Source: an uncultured Nitrospiraceae bacterium (GTDB taxonomy: Bacteria > Nitrospirota > Thermodesulfovibrionia > Thermodesulfovibrionales > Dissulfurispiraceae). Taken from it: a stretch of 27,941 nucleotides of DNA. Shown piece by piece: positions 8,392 through 18,144 of the stretch (position 1 is the stretch's first letter; every line of letters starts with the position of its first letter). The stretch spans positions 1 to 27,941 of the forward strand of contig CAMTVO010000023.1 of NCBI GenBank assembly GCA_947085205.1, given 5' to 3'. The notes beneath the pieces are model-generated. The model did not search any database, was not told where the DNA came from, and saw only the letters and a list, made by a program, of their open reading frames with translations. The translations under genes and the position numbers were made by a program.

Positions 8392-9372
8392 TCATTCTAT
8401 AGGTCTTTTCCTGAAGATATACATTATGTCATGAAGTATTTTCGCCCATTTAGAAAAATAAAACAGATGCGTCAATTCCTTTGAATGAAAAGCAGCCAAA
8501 GCAGGGTAATTCCAAAAATTTCTTTTCAAGACAAATTTTCTTTTTAGAGCTTCAATATCACCAATAATTTCTATTTCTTCCCTTTCAGGTATAAACCCAT
8601 ATTTCGCCGCCATTTTTAAATGTCCAACTTTTCTCCAATCAAACCCCATCATTTCAGAAACTATCATGTCAAAAGCTCCCAATGAATTAGAGGCTACAAA
8701 CCAGTTGACTTCTACCGGGTCGCCCATCATAGGACCGTTGTTATCCAGTCCATATTTCCCATCAAGAAATGCATAACGAAATTTCAATTTTCCACAGACT
8801 TGGCCGATAATTTCATCAAAAACATAGTGATTTTTGAGCCGCATAACATCAGGGAGACAACCCCATTGATTTTTGTATGAAAGGGTAACTTTAGTCATGC
8901 AATGAACTTTCGGAAGGGGGCAGGAAATGGAAAAATCAATTTCTTCAAAGAATATTTTCGGGAGTCTGAGAGGATAGAGTTTTCCGTTTGCGGTCAGTTC
9001 AACAATCCTTGTTTCCATCTTAGATAGATTAATTATTTCCACATTAGGATAGTTTTGTGCAATTTCATAGAATCCCATATTCTGCATAGCGTCAGTCATG
9101 GAAAAGCTGTTGTACCCGCCCTCGCCTTCACCAATATATATTTTGGTTGTGGAGTTAATTTGTCGCAAACCTGCAACAAGGCTTTCAACAAATTCCTTTC
9201 TGGTGGTTATACCCTTTTTGTAAGTTGGATAAGTCAAATTCGGTTTGATAAAAATTGCGTTTGCGCTTTTAAAGTCATCAACAAGAGAAATCAATTCAAA
9301 AGCCTTGCTGAATTGTTGCTCCAGCGTTTCCGAGGCTTGAATAAGCCTGTTTATATACACAACCGGTTGCAT
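8392..9372 (-). CDS. DUF362 domain protein (uncharacterised)
   Basis: IFIKPNL, IGEGEGG, PLPKVH, TLSYKNQWG, DG...GPMMG pattern of DUF362. Confidence 0.8.
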   Translation of the reverse strand: MQPVVYINRLIQASETLEQQFSKAFELISLVDDFKSANAIFIKPNLTYPTYKKGITTRKEFVESLVAGLRQINSTTKIYIGEGEGGYNSFSMTDAMQNMGFYEIAQNYPNVEIINLSKMETRIVELTANGKLYPLRLPKIFFEEIDFSISCPLPKVHCMTKVTLSYKNQWGCLPDVMRLKNHYVFDEIIGQVCGKLKFRYAFLDGKYGLDNNGPMMGDPVEVNWFVASNSLGAFDMIVSEMMGFDWRKVGHLKMAAKYGFIPEREEIEIIGDIEALKRKFVLKRNFWNYPALAAFHSKELTHLFYFSKWAKILHDIMYIFRKRPIE

Positions 9373-9393
9373 ATCATTTTTTCCCTTTGTAAT

Positions 9394-10527
9394 TCATTGT
9401 CTCGCAGCCTTTGCCAACACTGCCACGGTCTTTTCAGCACAGATATCCCAAGAGAACTCTGCTGCACGTCTTTTTGCTTTTTCCGACATAATCTTACATT
9501 GATCATTATCCCAGACAAGAAGTGTTTTAATCACTTCGGCTAAAGCTTTTGCATCTCTTGGAGGATAATAGATAGCGGCATCCCTGAAAATTTCTGGTAG
9601 ACAAGAACTATTAGCCGAAACACAGATACACCCATGCGCCATTGCCTCGACCCCGATCATTCCAAAGGATTCCACACGGCTGGTCATTATGAATGCTTGA
9701 GAATTTTTGTAGCACCATGCCATTTCTTTTTCATTCAGGTTGCCTGTCCAACAGATTCTATTCGACAAATTGTTATTTTGTGCTAAAGACTTCAACTTTT
9801 TCTGATAACCAACCATTCTGTATCCAGATTCACCTGCTATCACCAATCTAATTGATTTTTCTCTGTATGCCGAGAGATGTTTTAGGGCCAGCAACAAATC
9901 TTCAAGTCCCCTTGCAGGGCGGATTGAGCCGGCAGTAAAGAAAAACTGACCATCCCATCCTTTGGGAATGATATCAGGACGATGGGCATCTTTATTTTCA
10001 GGTAAGTCTACCCCATGATAGACTAACCCAATTTTGTCACCATGCACATTCAAATTATGGAGAAGAAAGTCCCGAATGTACTCTGAAGGAGCTATAATTT
10101 TATTTGACCTTTTAAGTGCTTTCCTTGCATCTAACCTCCGAAGCCAAGTTCGGAATCGTTCACGTAGTGGATTACCATTAATACTCACAAACGGTTCCAT
10201 GTTTTGAATCATATTAACAACAGGAACTTTCCTAAATCGGAAAGAACGTTCAACCGGTACAAAAATGACATCAGGCAAAAACTTTTCCAATTCCCGCAAT
10301 AAGTCAGCATCGTGACCCGAAAACAGAAACCGAAACGGTTTACAACTTACAAACCTGACATTTGGCATGGGATCAAACCAATCCTGAACACCGATAGACT
10401 TAGGCGTGGCACAAAGAATAGCTTCTACATCATCGTGCTTCGCCATGCGGGGAAGAATATTTTGCAAATATTTGCGATATCCTCCACTCATGTCTCCGCC
10501 TGTTAGATTAATGACTGCTACACGCAT
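9394..10527 (-). CDS. GT4 (group 1) glycosyltransferase
   Basis: SRVESFGMIGVEAMAHG EX7E motif, FSWD end. Likely start MRVAVIN at 10527. Confidence 0.9.
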   Translation of the reverse strand: MRVAVINLTGGDMSGGYRKYLQNILPRMAKHDDVEAILCATPKSIGVQDWFDPMPNVRFVSCKPFRFLFSGHDADLLRELEKFLPDVIFVPVERSFRFRKVPVVNMIQNMEPFVSINGNPLRERFRTWLRRLDARKALKRSNKIIAPSEYIRDFLLHNLNVHGDKIGLVYHGVDLPENKDAHRPDIIPKGWDGQFFFTAGSIRPARGLEDLLLALKHLSAYREKSIRLVIAGESGYRMVGYQKKLKSLAQNNNLSNRICWTGNLNEKEMAWCYKNSQAFIMTSRVESFGMIGVEAMAHGCICVSANSSCLPEIFRDAAIYYPPRDAKALAEVIKTLLVWDNDQCKIMSEKAKRRAAEFSWDICAEKTVAVLAKAARQ

Positions 10528-10537
10528 GTCTTTCTTT

Positions 10538-10729
10538 TCAATCGTTTGCCAACACTGTCTGGATTTTATCACCAGATATCGTATCTGTAATTTGAGTGTT
10601 CCTATATTTCCAGAATCCTCTTAAAAAACCATAATCATCATTCATCTTTCCTATTCCAACCACGCCAAGGATCGGCTAATAAGTTACTGAAATGTCGGAG
10701 ATGCCACGCCCTAATATCACGACTTTCAT
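10538..10729 (-). pseudogene. Fused scar: degenerate FAD-oxidoreductase-like N-terminus plus probable glycosyltransferase C-terminus
   Basis: ATG 4 nt after the upstream stop gives MKVVILGRGISDISVTY* (decayed GxGxxG dinucleotide start). The same frame then gives YGFLRGFWKYR...AND* ending 10 nt before the GT4 start. Confidence 0.5.
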
Positions 10730-10733
10730 TATT

Positions 10734-11693
10734 CTAATTGCTCGTTGACGACTGCTTTTTCTTTTTGACTTCTTTTTCAATTACCTTTTTCAAGCCTGTG
10801 ATTAGATCATAATGTGGTTTCCAACCAGGAATCTTTTGCCCTTGATTCCAAGGCACCATCACTTCCCGAGGCCGATAGGGCCTCCCACCCCAGTTGACCG
10901 GCACCGGTTTTCCGATAGTACGACCATAAAGCGCGACTATTTCCTTGAGCGGAATCGGATTGCCGGAGGAGAGAGCATATTCTTCCATATTTGAAACCTT
11001 GTTATCCATTAAGCGCTTTGCTGCCAGGAGATACCCCTCAATTACATCATCAATATAAACGAGATCGATCAACTGTTCACCGGACGACATAACCAGTTCT
11101 GCCTTCTCTTGCGCAGACTTCCTCAGCAAGGCAAAAAGCTTCGGCCTGGGATCATCTGCCCCATATGTATCAAAGAGCTTAAGGTTAATTACCTTCAGCC
11201 CCGATGCCTCCACATAGAATTTGAGCATGTCTTCAAATGCCTGCTTGGTTGCAGCATAAAGACACACGGGATTGTAGGGTTCATCCTGAAAATGCTGCCA
11301 CGATGTTCCGGTATTAACCAGTTTTGTGACACCTTGCAATGCCATGGCCTCAGCGAGTTGGACACCAAATAGGATATTGCTTTTAACCAGACGCTCTATA
11401 TCCTCCGATGTGTGCTGTGCCAGAAACAGGGATGCTAGGTGAAATACAATTTCCGGTTCAGCCTCTTTTGCGATGTTTATCATTGAATTTGTTGTGCCGT
11501 CGTGCAGATGAAGAATGATCTTGTTGCGAACATCTTTTAACGGCGTTAGGATTGAAGATGATCTCGTGATAATGTGTGTTTCCCATCTCTCTTTTATCAA
11601 CCGGCGCACAAGGTGAGAGCCCACAAACCCTGTTGCGCCGGTCACAAGCGCAGTTCTGTTGTAGGTCTTTTTAGTCAACTTTTCTGCTCCCAT
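10734..11693 (-). CDS. NDP-4-keto-deoxyhexose 4-reductase, CDP-abequose synthase (RfbJ)/AscF-like SDR
   Basis: GATGFVG, NTGTSWQH, YAATKQAF, DTYG, RPREVM. Start ATG 11693 or TTG 11678, overlapping the upstream epimerase. The 11822 start is unlikely. Confidence 0.8.
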   Translation of the reverse strand: MGAEKLTKKTYNRTALVTGATGFVGSHLVRRLIKERWETHIITRSSSILTPLKDVRNKIILHLHDGTTNSMINIAKEAEPEIVFHLASLFLAQHTSEDIERLVKSNILFGVQLAEAMALQGVTKLVNTGTSWQHFQDEPYNPVCLYAATKQAFEDMLKFYVEASGLKVINLKLFDTYGADDPRPKLFALLRKSAQEKAELVMSSGEQLIDLVYIDDVIEGYLLAAKRLMDNKVSNMEEYALSSGNPIPLKEIVALYGRTIGKPVPVNWGGRPYRPREVMVPWNQGQKIPGWKPHYDLITGLKKVIEKEVKKKKQSSTSN

Positions 11694-12231
11694 AAATAAA
11701 AGGTGATTCAAATTGGCATAACGGCGGAAAGCCCTTGTCACGTTTAGACAAAATAGGCATGTCATCAGGCCACGGCACACCAGCGGAATTCCATAAAATG
11801 CCGAAATCATGCTCTGGGGCATAGATTGTGGTCACTTTATACATGACGATGGCAAAGTCGCTCATCACATAATAACCGTGTGCAAGGCCCCTTTCTAGAT
11901 AGAGTGCGTTCGCCTTCTCTCCGCTTAGTTCAAAAACAGCATGTTGTCCATAGGTCCGCGAGCCTTTGCGCAAATCAACAACAGCATCCATAACCGTTCC
12001 AAAGACGCAATAGACGATCTTTACATAATCATGAGGAGGCAGTTGAAAGTGAAAACCCCGAAGAACACCTTTTTTTGAACAGGAATAGTATTCCTCTGCG
12101 AAATCCGTGGTTAAACCGTGTTTGTCAAAAATATCCTGATGAAAAGTTTTCACAAAAGCCCCCCGCTCATCCTTAAACACATCCGGATAAATCTCAAAAC
12201 AGCCAGCGATATTAGTTTTTATAATATTCAT
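11671..12231 (-). CDS. rfbC: NDP-4-keto-6-deoxyhexose 3,5-epimerase family (RmlC/AscE-like cupin)
   Basis: DERGAF, GVLRGFHFQ, KIVYC, VVDLRKGSRTYG, AHGY, LSKRD. Confidence 0.9.
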   Translation of the reverse strand: MNIIKTNIAGCFEIYPDVFKDERGAFVKTFHQDIFDKHGLTTDFAEEYYSCSKKGVLRGFHFQLPPHDYVKIVYCVFGTVMDAVVDLRKGSRTYGQHAVFELSGEKANALYLERGLAHGYYVMSDFAIVMYKVTTIYAPEHDFGILWNSAGVPWPDDMPILSKRDKGFPPLCQFESPFIYGSRKVD

Positions 12232-12302
12232 AATTGAAATCCTGTTGCGCAGACAAGCAGCACTTTTTTTCGTTTAAGATCCGATATGTCTATTTTGCCC
12301 AT
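12228..12302 (-). pseudogene. N-terminal remnant of an SDR epimerase
   Basis: MGKIDISDLKRKKVLLVCATGFQL* matches a decayed KKVL..GATGF(IG). TGA overlaps the rfbC ATG (ATGA). Confidence 0.55.
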
Positions 12303-12418
12303 CTTGCGTTTTTTTCAAGGCAATGCCAGGGTTATTCTTTCATGAAGTTGATGCCTATTCCGATGAAACCGTCCATCTGAGCAAATAATGGGAATGTTGG
12401 TTCACATTTACTTTTCTC

Positions 12419-13372
12419 TCAATTCCGCGTTTTATTCTGCATATCTTCAATCCATTTCTGTTCCTTAAACTTTGCACGTTTGGTACCCCTTACATTGGCC
12501 ATATTCCAATAAACAGAATGTACCAAGCATTTAATGCGATATGTCAATTTAAAACGAATCAAACGATCAACACTTTTGTTTACACGTTTGGTTTTCCAAA
12601 CAGTGTTTGGAAGTAAAGCATATGCAATCATTTTGGCCAACGTAAGGATTATTTGATGAAAGCTGTAATTTTTAATAGCAAACCTGAGCCAATTACGATA
12701 AACATACTTTGTTAGCATCTGCTGTTTTTCAACAGAATCTGAAAACCCTTCGCCTAGATGATAAATCGGTATATTAGTTTGAAGAGTCTTGTATCCTACC
12801 CGCATGCATCTATAAAAATAATCATTATCTTCGCCATACATGTAATAAAGTTCGTCATAAAGACCAACTTTTTTAATCACTTCTGAACGAAGTATATATA
12901 GAGCTACGCAATTAGGTTGTGAGCGGAAATTGGCTTCTATAATGGGAGGCATTGTTAATGGTATGTTATCGTACGGGCCATTTATCTCAACAAAACCAAT
13001 AATACCACACTCAGGATAACTTTTCGCAATACCAATTGAAGAGGAAAGCCATTGTTGATGAACTTTAACATCGTTACTGAAAACCACGATATACTCTGCA
13101 CCTATTTCTAATCCTTTGAGAAGTCCTCGATTTACAGAGCCTGCAAATCCGGTATCAGTTTCCTTCTGAATGATTTCAAATTCAGGATATATTTTATGAA
13201 CATATTCAACCGAATTATCCTTTGAACAATTATCAACGACAACCACTCTAAGGTTCGGATAGTCAATTTTAGATATAGATTCCAAGCTATATTTAAGATG
13301 TTTAACTCCGTCTTTATTTGGAACAACAATAAGTACAAGAGGATGGTAAGATTGGTTAACTTCAATAGTCAT
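12419..13372 (-). CDS. GT2 glycosyltransferase
   Basis: VVDNCSKDNS, GFAGSVNRG, SND, GLYDELYYMYGEDND. Likely start MTIEVN at 13372 overlapping the upstream stop. Confidence 0.9.
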   Translation of the reverse strand: MTIEVNQSYHPLVLIVVPNKDGVKHLKYSLESISKIDYPNLRVVVVDNCSKDNSVEYVHKIYPEFEIIQKETDTGFAGSVNRGLLKGLEIGAEYIVVFSNDVKVHQQWLSSSIGIAKSYPECGIIGFVEINGPYDNIPLTMPPIIEANFRSQPNCVALYILRSEVIKKVGLYDELYYMYGEDNDYFYRCMRVGYKTLQTNIPIYHLGEGFSDSVEKQQMLTKYVYRNWLRFAIKNYSFHQIILTLAKMIAYALLPNTVWKTKRVNKSVDRLIRFKLTYRIKCLVHSVYWNMANVRGTKRAKFKEQKWIEDMQNKTRN

Positions 13373-14429
13373 TATTAGATAATCCCAACTTGGAAACAAC
13401 ATCCTTGCATCGTGAAAGAAATGTATGCGCACCATTTATAACGGCATTAAAGCCTTTATTCGCTATTTTGATCCGTTCATTTTCATGCTTCAAATAATAG
13501 CGCACTTTATCAATTAACTCTTGCTCTGTTTCGTACAAAGCGATCTCTTCATCTTCTCTAAATATATTCAATAGTTGTTGTGTCCTATTACAAAGTTGAA
13601 ATCCCCTACAAGCAGGTATCTCAAAATTCCTAAGGTTTGTTTGGTCCCGATTTTCTTTGGTAAGGATATTCAGACATATTTTAGATCTGCTTACAACTCG
13701 GGAATATTCTTCTAGATCAGCTCGTCTATACATTAAATGAATGTTTGGCTCTTTCTTTAATGTTTTTGCTCGATGCCAACTTCCTCCCCAGATATAGATC
13801 TTAAAAAAGGGGGAAAGACTCTTTATCCATCTTTCCCGACTTATACTCCAATTGCCAATAAAACTTACGTCGTATAATAAATTACTACTATCTTGAGCTG
13901 AACCGAGTGGGTAAAATATTGTTGGATCAAAACAAAACTCAAGGTACTCAACTCTATTTGCACCTCTCCGTCGATACTCCTCAAAAAGATGCGGACGAGA
14001 GCTAAAATGTATATCATAGAGCTTAAATACTTCATCAGAATAAGGAGTTATATATTTAGGGTTAAAAAAATCATCAACATGCCAATTAACGATTGGTATT
14101 CCAACTTCTCTGACTTTTTGCAAAGTCTTTGGGAGAACATGTAATCCTTTAACGACAATAACAAGATTGGGCTTAAAATCTTGAACACATTGCAGGAAAC
14201 AGCGGTTAATATCCAAACATCTCTTTTCAAAAAAGAACTTATCTATTATGTGTCCTACTTTTTTAAAGATACGGTTACCATCGAGTTTGCATAGATATTT
14301 CTGATAATCAAAAATTATAGCATCATATCCTAATCGGGTTAGTGCCAACAGAATAGAATGAGGCATACTACCGCGCCATGATTCCCCATAGATCAATATA
14401 CGTTTTGATTTGGTCTTTATAAAATGCAT
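13362..14429 (-). CDS. CgeB-like glycosyltransferase (Glyco_trans_1_2)
   Basis: DVSFIG, SKICLN, NLRNFEIPACRGFQL, KVRYYLKH, HT..R. Confidence 0.85.
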   Translation of the reverse strand: MHFIKTKSKRILIYGESWRGSMPHSILLALTRLGYDAIIFDYQKYLCKLDGNRIFKKVGHIIDKFFFEKRCLDINRCFLQCVQDFKPNLVIVVKGLHVLPKTLQKVREVGIPIVNWHVDDFFNPKYITPYSDEVFKLYDIHFSSRPHLFEEYRRRGANRVEYLEFCFDPTIFYPLGSAQDSSNLLYDVSFIGNWSISRERWIKSLSPFFKIYIWGGSWHRAKTLKKEPNIHLMYRRADLEEYSRVVSRSKICLNILTKENRDQTNLRNFEIPACRGFQLCNRTQQLLNIFREDEEIALYETEQELIDKVRYYLKHENERIKIANKGFNAVINGAHTFLSRCKDVVSKLGLSNNDY

Positions 14430-14444
14430 AGTAATCTAATCATC

Positions 14445-15608
14445 TTATAGCAAACCGGCAATTTTAAAAACATCTGAAAATCGTTTCTCCCAAGTATGAT
14501 CCTTCAACGCCCTCATCCTGCCTGCCTTTCGTATTTTATCTGCCTCATCAGGATTCTCTAAAAGCCATTTGATCTTTTCAGTGCAATCCTTTTCATCTCT
14601 GTATGTCATAATTTCTTTTCCTACATCATAAACCAGCAATAGTTCAGGGTTATTCTGAGTCAGATAAAGTCCCCCACTCATCGGCACCTCGAAATCACGC
14701 CCTTTGAGACACATTAATTTTTTAGAATGACCCACTCCTGCAAAGCCAAGATTTATTCTGCTGCGGGAATACAGCTTAACCATCTCTTCCTCAGACAATG
14801 GACCATTCTCCCATCCATTGCCAAAACACGTAACTTCTATGCCCATCTTTCGTAATTTTTTAATAAACCTTGGCCTCCAGCCATACTTCCCCCCTACAAA
14901 CGAAACATCATACTCAAATGGCAGATCGTAAGGCTTATGAACATCTGGATGAGCCGCCTCGGGCCAAAACATAGCCAAACCACCTTCAACCATGTATTTG
15001 AATACGGAATCAGGAGCATTCGTTAGATTAAGATCTACCGCTGAGACTATCCTCTTCAAACTCCCATTGAAATAAAGTTTATCATCCCAGCAAAAATTAA
15101 AAATAATCACTCCATTTCTTCCTATCTCTAACAAAGTATCTTTTTTTGTATTAAAATCAGATAAATAACCTATCATCACATCAACAGGCTGCTCCGCTTG
15201 TGCTTTTTTAAATGCACTGAGCATTTCGGAATTTAAACTCTCCCTCCATTTTAGCCAATCCTCGCTTCTCCTAAAGAAACCTCCAGACTGCCATGAAAAA
15301 GTTGTTACTCTTCCAAAAGGAGCCAATGCTATTGGCAAAACCGATTCCCAATTACTTAATCCAAAAGCTAAAAAAATGTGGAGATCACCTTTGTGTTTTG
15401 GAGTAAGATTTATTCCTCTCTGTTCCAACCTTTGTCTCACCGATTGAGCAAGCAACTCACTTTCGGGTAATTTCATTCCTCCTTCCGATGCCTTGCGGCA
15501 ATAATATACGACCTCGGCCGCCGCCTTTTTCTCCTGTATTCTCGCCTTTACAATAGCATTAGTCCTGTTTAAAAATGGTACCTCTTTGATGCGATGTTTA
15601 ATATTCAC
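14445..15608 (-). CDS. CgeB-like glycosyltransferase (Glyco_trans_1_2)
   Basis: YDVSFVG, SRINLGF, KGRDFEVPMSGGLYL, DHTWEKR. Confidence 0.85.
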   Translation of the reverse strand: MNIKHRIKEVPFLNRTNAIVKARIQEKKAAAEVVYYCRKASEGGMKLPESELLAQSVRQRLEQRGINLTPKHKGDLHIFLAFGLSNWESVLPIALAPFGRVTTFSWQSGGFFRRSEDWLKWRESLNSEMLSAFKKAQAEQPVDVMIGYLSDFNTKKDTLLEIGRNGVIIFNFCWDDKLYFNGSLKRIVSAVDLNLTNAPDSVFKYMVEGGLAMFWPEAAHPDVHKPYDLPFEYDVSFVGGKYGWRPRFIKKLRKMGIEVTCFGNGWENGPLSEEEMVKLYSRSRINLGFAGVGHSKKLMCLKGRDFEVPMSGGLYLTQNNPELLLVYDVGKEIMTYRDEKDCTEKIKWLLENPDEADKIRKAGRMRALKDHTWEKRFSDVFKIAGLL

Positions 15609-15625
15609 TAATTTAGATACGAGTT

Positions 15626-17131
15626 CTATAAGGTTTTTATCAATTTCGGACCATATAACTTCTGTTTAGTTTTATATCGGGTTGAATTTAATACTCTATT
15701 CATTATAGCATAGCAAAGTGCAATCATTATAGCATTACGTGCAAGCATAAATAGATATATATTCCCCCATATACTTATGCAAAGATACACTGCAAAAAAC
15801 CAAGCAACAGAATATGCCCCTTTTCGGATAAACAATTCTTCTACAAAAAGCACGAGGAGACATGAGATTGTTGTTCCTAAAAAGATTACTGCATAGCTGC
15901 CACTGAGAGCCAGCATACCCCAAAAGCCAAATCCAATCCCAAAAGCATGAGTGTCGCTTGTAAAAGGTACAAAACCGAATACCGATAGCAAAAGACTTTG
16001 GATATAAACACTATCACTAATGAATATTGCCCAAGGGGCATATATATCATTAACTCCCGAACTGACATTTGCCAACAATTCTCGCATTCCGCCTATTCTT
16101 GCAGTAGCCAATGAAATAAAAGTAGAAATTGCCTTTAGCGGATCAAAATCGCTCCATGCCGTCAAAATCCTATAAGATTCATAAACAGAAAGATCTCCTG
16201 TCGCAAATCCAACATCTCGTAGATTCTGGACTAATACGACAAGAACAACTGTCATTATAACTGAGCCAAACATATATCTAAATAATATTCTGCGCTTCCA
16301 ATCACTTTTATAACTTGTCAACAACATAAACAAAAAAGCAGGGAAAACAGTAAACACAAAATATCCTCTACTTATTCCGGCAAAGGAACCCAATGCTCCG
16401 ACAAGGATAAGCATCCACAGCAATAGTTTTGTCAATCCTTTTTTATCTGCATTTAGAGATAGTCCTAACAACAAAAGTCCGCCAAATGGTATGACAACAT
16501 TTCTTAGAAAGAAAAATATGCCGACTAGCTTAAATGGTAGAGTTGTTGCACCTTTCAATCCTATTCGGCCTATTTCTAAATGCCACATAAGCATAATCAA
16601 GGTGACAGAAAATACAAACCATGTCCAAACCCAATTTCGCAAGGTTATTGTTTTTATGGAAAACAGTACTGGTTCAATTCTCTTTGCCTTAATGACATGA
16701 AAGTGTTTAAATATTTTTTCTGCCGAAAATGTGGCAACAATTATACCGCTCATTCCCACAAATATTGTAAGCGCTATCGGAAAAAATTCTTCATTAGTAA
16801 AACCAAATGACCCAATAGCCATAAAACCGCTAACAGGCATATCCTCCTTATTAAGCAATATATCAGTAAAAGATAGTAGGTATCCCAAAAAATAAAATAT
16901 GGTGAATATTAGTGGGGAATAATATCTTCTTCTTGACCTTGTATAGGTAAAAAGAGAAATTAGTCCAATGCCAACCAAGAAAACCCCCCATAAAAAATGT
17001 AAGGATTCATCTATGGCAAAAATGAACAGCACATATGCAGAAAAAAGACAACCAAATGCACAGAGCCATTTACGTGCAAATGGCGCTATAGTCCACTCAT
17101 TCCGACTGTAATTTATTGAATTTTGGTTCAT
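15626..17131 (-). CDS. wzy: Multi-pass membrane protein, probable O-antigen polymerase (Wzy-like)
   Basis: About 11-12 hydrophobic segments, GISRG motif, large loop before the C-terminal helices, located in a Wzx cluster. Likely start MNQN at 17131. Confidence 0.65.
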   Translation of the reverse strand: MNQNSINYSRNEWTIAPFARKWLCAFGCLFSAYVLFIFAIDESLHFLWGVFLVGIGLISLFTYTRSRRRYYSPLIFTIFYFLGYLLSFTDILLNKEDMPVSGFMAIGSFGFTNEEFFPIALTIFVGMSGIIVATFSAEKIFKHFHVIKAKRIEPVLFSIKTITLRNWVWTWFVFSVTLIMLMWHLEIGRIGLKGATTLPFKLVGIFFFLRNVVIPFGGLLLLGLSLNADKKGLTKLLLWMLILVGALGSFAGISRGYFVFTVFPAFLFMLLTSYKSDWKRRILFRYMFGSVIMTVVLVVLVQNLRDVGFATGDLSVYESYRILTAWSDFDPLKAISTFISLATARIGGMRELLANVSSGVNDIYAPWAIFISDSVYIQSLLLSVFGFVPFTSDTHAFGIGFGFWGMLALSGSYAVIFLGTTISCLLVLFVEELFIRKGAYSVAWFFAVYLCISIWGNIYLFMLARNAIMIALCYAIMNRVLNSTRYKTKQKLYGPKLIKTL

Positions 17132-17144
17132 TTTGTTGACATAT

Positions 17145-18113
17145 TCACTTCGACATGACAGACAATCGTGACGATATTTCCACCACTCCCACCAGTTCTT
17201 CCCCCATCCCGCATTTTGCGGCAAGCCAGCCTATTGGATAGCAGGCCCAAGTCAACCAACAAGGATAACTATATTCTGCCTTGGCGTGCTTTTGATTTCT
17301 CCATTGCATGATGCTCAACGGCAGCCAGGATGTAGGATTGTATTCATAAATGCGGATATCCTTAAAACCCGCTTCACTCAGTAAACGTCTCAACGACTTA
17401 TGCGTAAAGAGCTGGAGATGAAACGGTATCCATGCGGAAATGGAATTACCTTTCATAAACCTCATGCTCAGTCCCCTGCCATGCGGCACATAAACCATAA
17501 GCTGCCCCCCCACGCAAAGGAGACGATGGCATTCTCTGATGACTTCTTTCGGATTTGGCACATGCTCAAGGGCATTGTCAATCCGTATGTAATCAAAATA
17601 ACCGTCCGGCAACCCAGTCTCCTGCAATTCTCCCTGTATAAAGTGTCCTTCCGGCAGCAGTTCTTTGCAAAGCCGGATTGCATCCGCGCCCACATCCACA
17701 CCCCACACCTCATAACCGCGCTGAGCAAACTCAAATAGCTTTGCACCGCTCCCGCATCCAAGGTCTAAAAGTCTCTTGCTTCCCTCAGGCATAGTTTCAA
17801 TCGGCCATGAGTGAGGCCGAAAGCGGATTTTCCGCAAAAGCTGTTTCCACTTTGGAACAGGTATTTCAGCCAGCTGTCTCAACTCTTCCGCATCTGCCCT
17901 CCCTGCATTTGCGGTCTGATCTTCATCTATAGAACAATAAAACTTCACAATCTCTTCCCACGGAGGCCGCTCCAGCAGATAAACCAGAGAACATTCCGTA
18001 CATTGCACATAGGTGCCGGAGCAATCAATATTGTCACGGCGGTTGCGGCCGCGAAAAAGGGTCTTATATCTTGATGCTCCGCAAATAGGGCACAATGTTG
18101 TTTCTGCTTTCAT
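17145..18113 (-). CDS. Class I SAM-dependent methyltransferase with N-terminal CxxC..CxxC zinc finger
   Basis: CPIC...CTEC, LLDLGCGSG, LEHVPNP, PFHLQLF. Confidence 0.9.
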   Translation of the reverse strand: MKAETTLCPICGASRYKTLFRGRNRRDNIDCSGTYVQCTECSLVYLLERPPWEEIVKFYCSIDEDQTANAGRADAEELRQLAEIPVPKWKQLLRKIRFRPHSWPIETMPEGSKRLLDLGCGSGAKLFEFAQRGYEVWGVDVGADAIRLCKELLPEGHFIQGELQETGLPDGYFDYIRIDNALEHVPNPKEVIRECHRLLCVGGQLMVYVPHGRGLSMRFMKGNSISAWIPFHLQLFTHKSLRRLLSEAGFKDIRIYEYNPTSWLPLSIMQWRNQKHAKAEYSYPCWLTWACYPIGWLAAKCGMGEELVGVVEISSRLSVMSK

Positions 18114-18144
18114 AGTTCATTAATAAGTATAAAAAGGGCTGATT

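Noticed and set aside
12330..12410. MDGFIGIG segment as another Rossmann remnant
   Set aside because: Only a four-residue GFIG match, too weak to call.
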